Shown piece by piece: positions 47,620 through 56,095 of a stretch of DNA of 64,000 nt. The stretch is from assembly GCA_964449585.1 (NCBI GenBank), contig CAYUZE010000002.1, positions 116,833 to 180,832 of the forward strand, in the 5' to 3' direction. Made by a program: the position numbers and the translations under genes. Under the pieces are notes generated by a model. That model was not told the origin of the DNA, made no database searches, and saw only the letters and a program-made list of their open reading frames with translations. This stretch comes from an uncultured Gammaproteobacteria bacterium (GTDB taxonomy: Bacteria; Patescibacteriota; Microgenomatia; UBA10105; UBA927). Within the stretch, counting starts at the first letter, position 1; every line of letters starts with the position of its first letter.

Positions 47620-48750
47620 ATGCCAGCCGCTTGTATCCCTCCGTCACTTTCCGAATCGGAACAAATGGTGAGACTATTCGCAAATGCGCCGCCAAACCGG
47701 CCATTTTGCTATAATCACGGTACCTTGCAAACATTCGTTAACCTTCCACCTCCAATTCAGGAGATAACACGGCGCATTATTTCGCGGAGCAATATGCGCG
47801 CCCTGCGACAGCATGCGGAACAGTTGCATGCGCGATATATGCACCGTGAAGCGGGGGATCGTCAGGCATTCGTAAAGAGTCCTGATGATGTCCTGGCGTA
47901 CCTCTGTCTTCGCTTTCCCGCGACCTATGCTCAGATATACGGCGCGCTTGCTCAGATTAAGGAACGTAACCCCGATTGGAAGCCCGCGCGTATGCTCGAT
48001 GTCGGTTGCGGCCCGGGAACGGCCATTTGGGCGGCCAAGGAACTTTGGCCGTCTATAGGCATTGCAGTCGGTGTCGACCAAGTACAGCATTTTCTTTCCG
48101 TTGCCGATGAGTTTGCCACCGTCTATCGCGAAACCCTGGAGCCAACCTGGGTCAAAGCCTCGTTTCTCAATTGGGTCAATGATGACCAGGATACCAACCG
48201 ATATGATCTTGTCGTTGTCGCCAGTGTCATAAACGAACTTCCCGGCATGTTAAAAGAGCAGGTGCTCACGCATATCGCGAAAAAGTGCAGTGGCTTACTT
48301 CTCATTATTGAGCCGGGAACGAAAGACGGCGTGACGCTTATTGAACGGTTAGCCAAAACGGATGCGATAAAGCTTCCGCTTTTTGCTCCCTATATCGACC
48401 AAACATTCGTGAGCGATGAGAAAACGTGGATTCATTTCTCCCAGCGATTTCAGCGGCCGGACTTCATGCGACTCATCCGTCAGAGCATGCGTGATTCTTC
48501 GCTTATGGCTTCGGATTGGGAAGAGGCTACCTATGCCTATGTTGCGCGCGGGAGCGTGCCGACGACCGTTTCGCCATGGGGAGTGACGATCGGAAAAGTC
48601 GAAAAGTACAAGGGCTATCTTATTGTCCCCGTGCTCACGGCAGAGGGTATTGTCCGTGCCCGTGTGCTGAAACGTCATAAGGACATATACCACGCCGCAA
48701 AGGAGCTTCGCTGGGGGGAGTTGCTAAAGGAGCCAATCGTTACATCGTAA
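47620..48750 (+). CDS. class I SAM-dependent methyltransferase, Rsm22-like (COG5459)
   Basis: SAM-binding motif I MLDVGCGPGT plus downstream acidic motif II; start uncertain (47620 or the internal ATG near 47790). Confidence 0.55.
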   Translation: MPAACIPPSLSESEQMVRLFANAPPNRPFCYNHGTLQTFVNLPPPIQEITRRIISRSNMRALRQHAEQLHARYMHREAGDRQAFVKSPDDVLAYLCLRFPATYAQIYGALAQIKERNPDWKPARMLDVGCGPGTAIWAAKELWPSIGIAVGVDQVQHFLSVADEFATVYRETLEPTWVKASFLNWVNDDQDTNRYDLVVVASVINELPGMLKEQVLTHIAKKCSGLLLIIEPGTKDGVTLIERLAKTDAIKLPLFAPYIDQTFVSDEKTWIHFSQRFQRPDFMRLIRQSMRDSSLMASDWEEATYAYVARGSVPTTVSPWGVTIGKVEKYKGYLIVPVLTAEGIVRARVLKRHKDIYHAAKELRWGELLKEPIVTS

Positions 48751-49777
48751 GTGCGTTCACCTTCGGATGCTGTTGCATCGCGCGGATATAGTCTCCCGTA
48801 AGCGGGCAATCCTCCGGACGCATCCCTTCAGGACTCGCCATGCCGGTGAGTGTGACGGTACTCACTCCCGGGTGATCAACAAGCGCCATAAAATTTTTGT
48901 ATCGTTCCGTCAGGTTCAGGTAATCTCCTATGCGTGCCGGCCGGTCGCGGCTTGCGATAACGCGCCGAAAACAATCCTGAATGGCACGGGCGGCCATATG
49001 AAGCTCGACCCGATAGCCAATGCGATTGACACGATGCACCATTTTTTTCCACCAGTCGAGGTGGCGTAGCGATGTTTCACAAAGTACGGATAACCGCTTC
49101 CCCAGCGCGACATTGAAAGCAAGATCGGAAAGATCGGCGACTTCACGACTGGTTCGCATGACATGCGTATGATTGGATGCATCAAAGTCATCCATAAGAT
49201 ACGGACGCACCGCATCGGGATCACTCACATAGATCGGCTCGGTGTTTTTGTAGAGTGCGCGAAGTTTTTCGGATTTCCCCGCACCGAACGGTCCCATGAC
49301 TATCCGCAAAACGGGAAAATGGCTTGGCCGGATGCCCTGCTGGCTGGCATGCACGTACTCCCAATGCAACTGACGTCGCTCCGGGGTATATCGACCCGCG
49401 GGATCAGTCGTGAGGGTCTTTGTGTCCGGTTGTTGTTCCGCAGGTTCAATGCGGCGATGCGATTCGGCTTCAATCCGTTGCAGTTCATCGATGTTTCCCG
49501 ATCCGAACGCTTCGTAGGCACGAAAATAGTGCGGCAACGTCAGTCGCATATGGCGCAGCTTACCGACGGTTCTGTCTTTCGCTTGTGCCAAAATGAGTGC
49601 CGAAGTCTCAAGATCGGTTTCCGGTGCCGATAATGCATCCCGATGAATTGAAGGCATCCACAGCATATGTGCGGCGAGTGAACGCAACGGGGGAGTCAAC
49701 CACTTCGTGTCACCTTTGCCGCGCATGACGTCTGCAACGGGAGGAATGGCACAAAGTTGAGAATATTCGTGATGCAT
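48740..49777 (-). CDS. P-loop kinase, zeta-toxin-like fold (C-terminal ~200 aa), with an unknown N-terminal domain
   Basis: Walker A MGPFGAGKSEKL followed by D/R-rich segments similar to the zeta/AAA_33 kinase family; 11-nt convergent overlap with the methyltransferase gene. Confidence 0.5.
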   Translation of the reverse strand: MHHEYSQLCAIPPVADVMRGKGDTKWLTPPLRSLAAHMLWMPSIHRDALSAPETDLETSALILAQAKDRTVGKLRHMRLTLPHYFRAYEAFGSGNIDELQRIEAESHRRIEPAEQQPDTKTLTTDPAGRYTPERRQLHWEYVHASQQGIRPSHFPVLRIVMGPFGAGKSEKLRALYKNTEPIYVSDPDAVRPYLMDDFDASNHTHVMRTSREVADLSDLAFNVALGKRLSVLCETSLRHLDWWKKMVHRVNRIGYRVELHMAARAIQDCFRRVIASRDRPARIGDYLNLTERYKNFMALVDHPGVSTVTLTGMASPEGMRPEDCPLTGDYIRAMQQHPKVNALTM

Positions 49778-49893
49778 AGAGATACCCGACAGCGTCGGGG
49801 GAAGGGGTAATTTTACCACAATATATGTGATGTATCGAACAATATGATACTCATGCTTGACCGCGGTAGTTGACTGTGCCATCGTACGATCAT

Positions 49894-50229
49894 ATGAAAG
49901 AAAAAACGACAGCCACCGCGGCCGACAATACCAATAGCATTCTCACCCTCTTATTGCTCTTTTTCGTGTATCCTATCGGGGTTGTCGTCATGTGGTTGTG
50001 GACGTCATGGGCAAAGTGGGTAAAAATCCTGGTCACCCTTCCCGTAATCCTTATCATCCTTTTCGGGGTGCTTTTCGGGATCGGTGCTACCCTTAACGTA
50101 GGAGAACAGGTCAAAAAGGCAGAGTGCGTCAAACAGTGCGAGAACTCGGCACTCAAGGAAACATGTCAGTCCCAATGCATGGGGAGTCTGAATGCTCCTC
50201 CTTCCTACGAAGGAACTCCGCTCGAGTGA
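49894..50229 (+). CDS. small membrane protein with a C-terminal Cys-rich tail
   Basis: Two TM helices, then CVKQCENSALKETCQSQCMGS (4-5 Cys). Confidence 0.4.
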   Translation: MKEKTTATAADNTNSILTLLLLFFVYPIGVVVMWLWTSWAKWVKILVTLPVILIILFGVLFGIGATLNVGEQVKKAECVKQCENSALKETCQSQCMGSLNAPPSYEGTPLE

Positions 50230-50235
50230 ACAAGT

Positions 50236-50634
50236 TTAGCGGAAAAACCTTCTTCGTTTAGGACGTAGCTTTTGCAGCTGTTCCGAGGTGTACGCAAAGA
50301 TTGAAGGATATACGTCATATTGTTCGGCTTCGATGGTGTCTTTGTCTCCATAGCCTTCTTTCGGCGGGAGAAAACACTGATCCCGTTCTTTTTTGACGCT
50401 GCAACTTTTGCATACCTCGTCATTACGGACATCCCGATACCCGAGTATCCGTACCCGTTGCGCAGGGTTTCTCATACGATCCAAAATCCGCACGGATTCT
50501 TCGATGACGTTTTCATCATACCCGTTCCTTTCCAAGAACTGACGCAGATCATCGTCGCTTCGTCCCTCCTGTATCCACTGGGCAAAATTAAGGGCATGAT
50601 GGACACGGAGCCGTATGGGGCGATTTCCTTGCAT
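50236..50634 (-). CDS. hypothetical protein
   Basis: 132 aa; GGAGG SD sequence 8 nt upstream of the ATG. Confidence 0.45.
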   Translation of the reverse strand: MQGNRPIRLRVHHALNFAQWIQEGRSDDDLRQFLERNGYDENVIEESVRILDRMRNPAQRVRILGYRDVRNDEVCKSCSVKKERDQCFLPPKEGYGDKDTIEAEQYDVYPSIFAYTSEQLQKLRPKRRRFFR

Positions 50635-50953
50635 AGGTTATTCCTCCAGTACGGAGCGGGGCACAAATACTCTTTTTTGGGGGAGTGAAAGATGCCAGGC
50701 AGAGAAGATAATAGCCGTTCGGTCAAGCCGTACCTCCATTCCCGCCCGTTCGTCGGGTGGTCCAAACAGCGGACAGGGAGCCAGTGCGCGAAACACGAGG
50801 CGGGCGCCAGGCAACACCTCTTCAAGTGGTTGCGTGGTTATGGTACATAGCTTTCGGGGCACAATGGTGCGTTCTGACATTCAAGGATTGTACTATAGGG
50901 CATGTATAAAGGGAAGTGCTTGCGGCGGTAAGCGGGATTTGTATAATCGATCT

Positions 50954-51325
50954 ATGGGAAGTATCGTCGAATTAAATGACACGCTCCAAATTTCCAAAGC
51001 CCAGGGTTTTCCCGACATGCTGGATATAACAACGCATGTGAAGCACCCTTTTACGCTCAAAGACGTTGCCGGAAAAGTCTTTACGTTTCAAAAAAAAGCC
51101 AATATTCGCCTCTATCATGCTCCGCCGGTGCGCAATTTTCTTGTGGAAAATGTTGACGGGAAATGGATTTACTGGGGACTCGTTCACATCCTCGAAGTGA
51201 CGCACGATTACCAAAACAAAATGACGTCGGGGAAATTCGTCATTATCTATCTCAATACGCCGGAGGAGATGAAACAGGCGCATCATTTGATCGATCAGAA
51301 CCCGGATACCGCCTATTTTGGTTGA
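50954..51325 (+). CDS. hypothetical protein
   Basis: 124 aa; TATAAT at 50942..50947 is 6 nt upstream of the ATG; the ORF-track extension back to 50615 is rejected. Confidence 0.45.
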   Translation: MGSIVELNDTLQISKAQGFPDMLDITTHVKHPFTLKDVAGKVFTFQKKANIRLYHAPPVRNFLVENVDGKWIYWGLVHILEVTHDYQNKMTSGKFVIIYLNTPEEMKQAHHLIDQNPDTAYFG

Positions 51326-51379
51326 TATCAGGCTCCGGGTTGTATTTTTTCGCAAAAAATATTACTATCGGTCTGCGAT

Positions 51380-52657
51380 ATGAGCATTGAGTCTCGTAGG
51401 CCTACGCAACCACCGCCGTACGAACACGACCCCCATGCCTCAACCGGGGAACGTTTTCACTCCCCAAAAAGTCAGGAAATCATTGAACCGCCGCTGGTGT
51501 TACGGGATATCACCATGCAGGAAATTTTTGACCGGTTTGATACGCACTGGAATGCGGAAACGGTGAGGGTGAATATCGCAGGGGACGGTGACAGTATTGA
51601 TATCCCCGATGCCTGGCACGGGGCAAAAAAATACGGCAGGCCGAACAAAGGCGATGCCGAAGTGCTCTTCGGCCCGCTTCTCGTTGAATCGATTGAGGGA
51701 ACCAAGCTTCCCGCCGACCGGTTTGTCGAAGGGCTCAAAGCCCTCAATTTCACTTGTGAGGACGGGTACGGCAAGGAACTCACGGATGCCCAAGCCGTTG
51801 CCGCAATTTCGTCTGATGCGTCTTGCCAGACGCTGTCGGGCGAGGAAGAAATTCCCGTCATGCGGGCAATCAAAAATGACGCTCAGGGCAAAATAATCAT
51901 TGAAATCCGTAATGGCTCGATGTCTCCCGTGATGCGTGAGCTCACCACGATCGGCAACGATCCCGTCATAGACGCGGATAAGAAGGCTCGGTATCGCAAA
52001 GCGGTAAGTGACTGCTTGGGAGGATTCTTCACCAAAGGGGCAACCGCAGTACGGAAGCGACTTCGGTTATATGAGTACAAACGGTTAACCCGGTTCGATG
52101 ACTGTTTGGCATCGGGGGCGACCATTTTCGGAGACCAGGAAGTTGATGATCTGATGGGTCGAACGCGCAAACAAACACTTGAAGAAATCCGTGTCGCCGT
52201 GGCCTCGACGCAGGGCATCACCATGGCGGTAAAACGCGCGCTTGACCGTCAGGTGCCGACCCTTATTCGGGTGGGAGCGCTGGCCTACGGTTTGGGGAGC
52301 AAAGCGATCGGCACGAATTATCTTATCAATACCCAGCCCGAAATGGCCGCACTCGGCAGATTTACCGTGGGTGATATGGGCGACAAACTTTCGACCGGCC
52401 GCGAAGGCCGTATCAATCCGCACGTGCGCATTTACGGCGCAGGCAAAAACGAAACGCGCATTTACTTGGGCGGCGGACTCGCCATGCTGGAGCTTTGGGA
52501 AGATAAAATCCGTGAGAAGAACAAAGAGCCCGACGCCGTCGTCTGTGTGTTACAGGCCTCCCGTATCAATCCGCCGCCCGAACAGGACGGAGAAATCCAT
52601 GATTGGGGCGTGTTGCTGAAGGGAAAGAAGCTTCCGTTTTATGATCCGACCATTTAG
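51380..52657 (+). CDS. two-domain protein: unknown N-terminal domain plus C-terminal UPRT-like phosphoribosyltransferase fold
   Basis: PRPP-binding-like motif RFDDCLASGATI (compare DPMLATGGS in UPRT) and C-terminal FTVGDMGDKLSTG (compare YIIPGLGDAGDKIFGT in UPRT); about twice the length of a normal UPRT. Confidence 0.5.
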   Translation: MSIESRRPTQPPPYEHDPHASTGERFHSPKSQEIIEPPLVLRDITMQEIFDRFDTHWNAETVRVNIAGDGDSIDIPDAWHGAKKYGRPNKGDAEVLFGPLLVESIEGTKLPADRFVEGLKALNFTCEDGYGKELTDAQAVAAISSDASCQTLSGEEEIPVMRAIKNDAQGKIIIEIRNGSMSPVMRELTTIGNDPVIDADKKARYRKAVSDCLGGFFTKGATAVRKRLRLYEYKRLTRFDDCLASGATIFGDQEVDDLMGRTRKQTLEEIRVAVASTQGITMAVKRALDRQVPTLIRVGALAYGLGSKAIGTNYLINTQPEMAALGRFTVGDMGDKLSTGREGRINPHVRIYGAGKNETRIYLGGGLAMLELWEDKIREKNKEPDAVVCVLQASRINPPPEQDGEIHDWGVLLKGKKLPFYDPTI

Positions 52658-52713
52658 CCCGTCGCTTCGGTTCATTTCCCCCGTATAGCCTCTGCAAATG
52701 GTACAATACGTGC

Positions 52714-53682
52714 ATGTTGGTCGATACCGTACGATTAGTCGTGAAGGCGGGAGATGGGGGCAACGGCGCCGCCACGTTTGCCAGTGCTCCGGGGAAAGCC
52801 CGCGGAGGACCCGACGGTGGTAACGGCGGTCGCGGCGGTGATATATATTTTCAGGCGTCACCGAATATTACCGATCTCCGCGAATTCCGCTATAAAAAAA
52901 AGATTGTGGGAGAAAACGGGGGACACGGCACCAAACACAACGGATTCGGCAAAAACGGTGCTTCCAAGACGACGCTTGTGCCGCTCGGCACGCAAATTAC
53001 CGATGAAGCTACGGGAAGCGTCATCTCATTGGAAACAGTCGATGCTCCCGTATGTATCGCCAAAGGCGGGAGAGGCGGATTCGGTAACGTAAAATTTAAA
53101 TCATCCACGCATCAGGCACCAACGAGGCGAGAGCTGGGAGAACCGGGCGAGCGGAAAAATCTTCTCTTGGAACTTCGGCTGATTGCCAAAGTCGGTTTGA
53201 TCGGATTGCCGAACGCGGGCAAGAGCAGTCTGCTTGCCGCGTTAACAAACGCCACCCCGGCAATAGGGGCATACCCGTTTACCACTCTGGAGCCGAGTCT
53301 CGGTATGTACGGCACCCATCCGATCGCCGATATTCCCGGGCTTATCGAGGGTGCTTCTCGCGGCGTCGGGCTAGGAATCAAATTTCTTCGTCATATAGAA
53401 AAAACGTCCATGCTTATCCACTGCATCGACATTAGTGCCGCCGATCCGCTCAAGGACTATTTGACGGTTCGGGAGGAATTTCGCGCATTCAATCCCGCCC
53501 TGCTTGAAAAGCCGGAAATTATTTTTCTCAATAAAACGGATCTGGTTGACGAAAAACGCGTGAGTGAGATACGGGAACTTTTCCGGAAGCGTGCCGTTGC
53601 CGTTTTTGCGGGTTCTGCGTATGTGGCGGAATCCCTCGGTGAGCTCAAAACGTTCCTTACCGACCGCCTTGCTTCGGAGTAA
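52714..53682 (+). CDS. obg: GTPase Obg
   Basis: Gly-rich Obg fold at the N-terminus plus G1-G4 GTPase motifs (GLPNAGKSS, NKTD); TGgTACAAT is 6 nt upstream of the ATG. Confidence 0.9.
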   Translation: MLVDTVRLVVKAGDGGNGAATFASAPGKARGGPDGGNGGRGGDIYFQASPNITDLREFRYKKKIVGENGGHGTKHNGFGKNGASKTTLVPLGTQITDEATGSVISLETVDAPVCIAKGGRGGFGNVKFKSSTHQAPTRRELGEPGERKNLLLELRLIAKVGLIGLPNAGKSSLLAALTNATPAIGAYPFTTLEPSLGMYGTHPIADIPGLIEGASRGVGLGIKFLRHIEKTSMLIHCIDISAADPLKDYLTVREEFRAFNPALLEKPEIIFLNKTDLVDEKRVSEIRELFRKRAVAVFAGSAYVAESLGELKTFLTDRLASE

Positions 53683-53734
53683 CCTTCCTGATCGCCGCTT
53701 CATCTGCTATACTCTCCCTAGAAAGGAGAACACC

Positions 53735-53932
53735 ATGAACGGCACTGTCAAAACAAAAACAGACAGAGGATTTGGCTTCATTGCCCGAGAAGGGGAAGCG
53801 AAAGACCTGTTTTTTCATTCCAAGGATTTAGTCGGCGTCACGTTTGATGAAATCCAAGTGGGTGATCAAGTGACATTCGAAGTTGTGGATGGCCCCAAAG
53901 GACCTTCCGCCAAGAATGTAAAACGCGTATAA
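53735..53932 (+). CDS. cspA: cold-shock protein (CspA family)
   Basis: 65 aa; RNP1 motif RGFGFI; strong SD sequence AAAGGAGA. Confidence 0.9.
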   Translation: MNGTVKTKTDRGFGFIAREGEAKDLFFHSKDLVGVTFDEIQVGDQVTFEVVDGPKGPSAKNVKRV

Positions 53933-53940
53933 CGCAACTA

Positions 53941-53986
53941 CCTCGCTCTGCGAGGGAAAAAGTCCCGCGAAAGCGGGGCTTTTTTG
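53941..53986 (+). terminator. rho-independent terminator (two tandem hairpins, then a T-run)
   Basis: CCTCGC-tct-GCGAGG, then GTCCCGC-gaaa-GCGGGGC followed by TTTTTTGTGG. Confidence 0.65.
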
Positions 53987-54308
53987 TGGCTATGAACGCT
54001 TTCCCGTCAGCATGCCCGTCAGATATTCTTCGACAAACCATTTGATACGGCGTTCAGCCGTATTGCAAAGGAGTGTTATGCCAAGTGTCCAGGCGGAAGG
54101 CAGCGGACGACGATCCGGAAGTATGCCGTGGACGGGATCATGGATACCGCGTTCGCGAAAACGCGGCAACAGTACCCTTGCACGAACGCCGTTTCGATAC
54201 CAACGCGGGTGATACCAACGGATCGCGCGCTGTTCTGATGCATTGGCTGCCATCGGTGTACAAAGAATACTCTACGTAAAGTATACAGGAGGGGAAATGG
54301 AAAAAGAA

Positions 54309-55559
54309 CTACTCGATGAAGGTGAGGGCAATACCCCGCTTGTTTGCCCGCCCGGTCCGACCGATGCGATGGATGTAGTCTTCCAGCGTTTCGGGAAGGT
54401 CATAATTAATCACATGAGAGACATCGGGAATATCGAGCCCGCGGCTCGCTACATCGGTGGCAAGCAACACTTGTATCCTGTTTTGCTTGAACTGCTCAAG
54501 GACATATTGCCGCTGATTTTGGCGTTTGTTTCCGTGGATGGCACTTGCCCGGAAGCCGCGCCGTTCCAGTTCATCGGATAGCTTCTGTACGCCCCATTTG
54601 GTACGTCCGAAGATTAATACTTTATCAAACTCCTTTTTGTTAAGAAGATCATGCAGGACTTCGATTTTGGGAACCTCGCGGGTGATGCGCACGGCTTCCT
54701 GTCGTATGGTGACGGCCGTATCTTCTTTTTTCACCGATACGTGCACGGGATCTTTAACAAAATCGGTGAGTATCTCGCCGACTTTACCAGAGATAGTGGC
54801 GGAGAAAAATAACGACTGGCGCTTTTCGGGGAGCAGCGAGATAAAGTATTTGATCTCATTGATAAACCCGATGTCCACCATGCGATCCGCTTCATCCAAT
54901 ACCACATTGGCAAAATCAGAAAGCCTGACAAATCCCGCACCGATGAAATCTTTGAGTCTTCCCGGCGTGGCAACCACCAGGTGAGGCGTATTTCGCAGAT
55001 CCTGCCGTTGGCGCCACTCGTTGGCGCCTCCGATAAGCATGGCGCTTCGAAGTCCAATGCGTCGCGCGAGCTCCCGGAATTCCTGGGTAATTTGTACTGC
55101 CAGTTCACGGGTGGGCGCGATGACGAGCGTGCGTTCGTTTCGGGTTGCCGTCATTTTTTGGATAAGGGGGATCAAAAATGCGGCAGTTTTTCCCGTACCT
55201 GTATTGGCGGTGCCGATGACATCCCTGCCCGCGAGAATCACGGGGATCGCTTTGTCCTGGATGGGAGTGGGAGTAAGAAATCCTTTTTCCGTGATGGCAT
55301 CCGCAAGCCGGGGATCGAGCGCAAAATCAGCGAATGTGTGGGTGATGGCCTCGGGCTCAAAGATCACGGTCTCCGCACGGGTTTGACTCCGTTCAATGAC
55401 GGAAAGGATCACGTGTTTGGGTACCGTACGCATATGCCTTCCGCCGCGGTTATCACTGCTCCCGCCGGGCCCGCGACTGCGACCGCCGCGAAAATTGCCT
55501 GAAGGACGAAATGATCGGATATTTTTCTTATACATATAGGGAAAACCGTATTGAAACAA
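54309..55559 (-). CDS. DEAD-box ATP-dependent RNA helicase with an N-terminal RGG-rich extension
   Basis: Q-motif, Walker A GTGKT, DEAD, SAT and HRIGRTGR motifs; the N-terminal ~45 aa are rich in RGG/RSRG. Confidence 0.9.
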   Translation of the reverse strand: MFQYGFPYMYKKNIRSFRPSGNFRGGRSRGPGGSSDNRGGRHMRTVPKHVILSVIERSQTRAETVIFEPEAITHTFADFALDPRLADAITEKGFLTPTPIQDKAIPVILAGRDVIGTANTGTGKTAAFLIPLIQKMTATRNERTLVIAPTRELAVQITQEFRELARRIGLRSAMLIGGANEWRQRQDLRNTPHLVVATPGRLKDFIGAGFVRLSDFANVVLDEADRMVDIGFINEIKYFISLLPEKRQSLFFSATISGKVGEILTDFVKDPVHVSVKKEDTAVTIRQEAVRITREVPKIEVLHDLLNKKEFDKVLIFGRTKWGVQKLSDELERRGFRASAIHGNKRQNQRQYVLEQFKQNRIQVLLATDVASRGLDIPDVSHVINYDLPETLEDYIHRIGRTGRANKRGIALTFIE

Positions 55560-55762
55560 AATAACTGCTTATGTCATGAAAAAAACCTGAAAAGGGGAAA
55601 AGACGCGGATAATAAAAAAATAGCTTGGGGCGTTTTTTCTCTCAACTTCTCAAACTGTCAACTCGATAAGCAGATGTATTGTTTCAATACAAACTGCAGA
55701 TTACAGTATAGCAGAATGTAAGATAAATAGCAATTTCATGGCTATTTTGCTACCATTCGGCT

Positions 55763-56026
55763 ATGGCTACCGAAAAAACATATCCCAAGGGAACAGTATT
55801 TAGCGGCAATCATGGAGAGGCCGCGGCTTTTGCCCGTGAAAAAGTAGCGTCCGGGGAATGGACTTCGGAAGAAGCTTTGGCTTTCACTGAACGTGTGTAC
55901 AGACAGACCATGTTGGATCAACTCATGGGCGTGCCTCAGGCAGAGGTGCCGGAAGAACTACCTGAACATAGGGCAATATTCACCAATCCATTAAAAGGAA
56001 TAATCAAAAAGAAACCGAAGGTGTAA
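55763..56026 (+). CDS. hypothetical small protein
   Basis: 87 aa ORF following a 200-nt AT-rich gap. Confidence 0.4.
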   Translation: MATEKTYPKGTVFSGNHGEAAAFAREKVASGEWTSEEALAFTERVYRQTMLDQLMGVPQAEVPEELPEHRAIFTNPLKGIIKKKPKV

Positions 56027-56095
56027 TGGATTCCGCAAAACTTCCTTCATAAACTATATTTCTTCCCCCGTAGTGTCGTACACTGGAACCAGTGT

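Noticed and set aside
50615-50953. ORF-track extension making a 236-aa protein from 50615, plus overlapping ORFs 50472..50825 and 50638..50880
   Set aside because: The three mutually overlapping frames lie in a GC-rich intergenic stretch, and the upstream part is Ser/Arg/Gly-rich junk-like sequence. A promoter and ATG at 50954 start a compact 124-aa product.
53990-54253. 87-aa Arg/Trp-rich ORF between the csp terminator and the helicase gene; also plus-strand ORFs 54012..54212 and 54073..54279
   Set aside because: Three overlapping frames, all Arg-rich, no RBS, no homology. This most likely is non-coding 3' UTR or spacer. It is kept out of the feature list.
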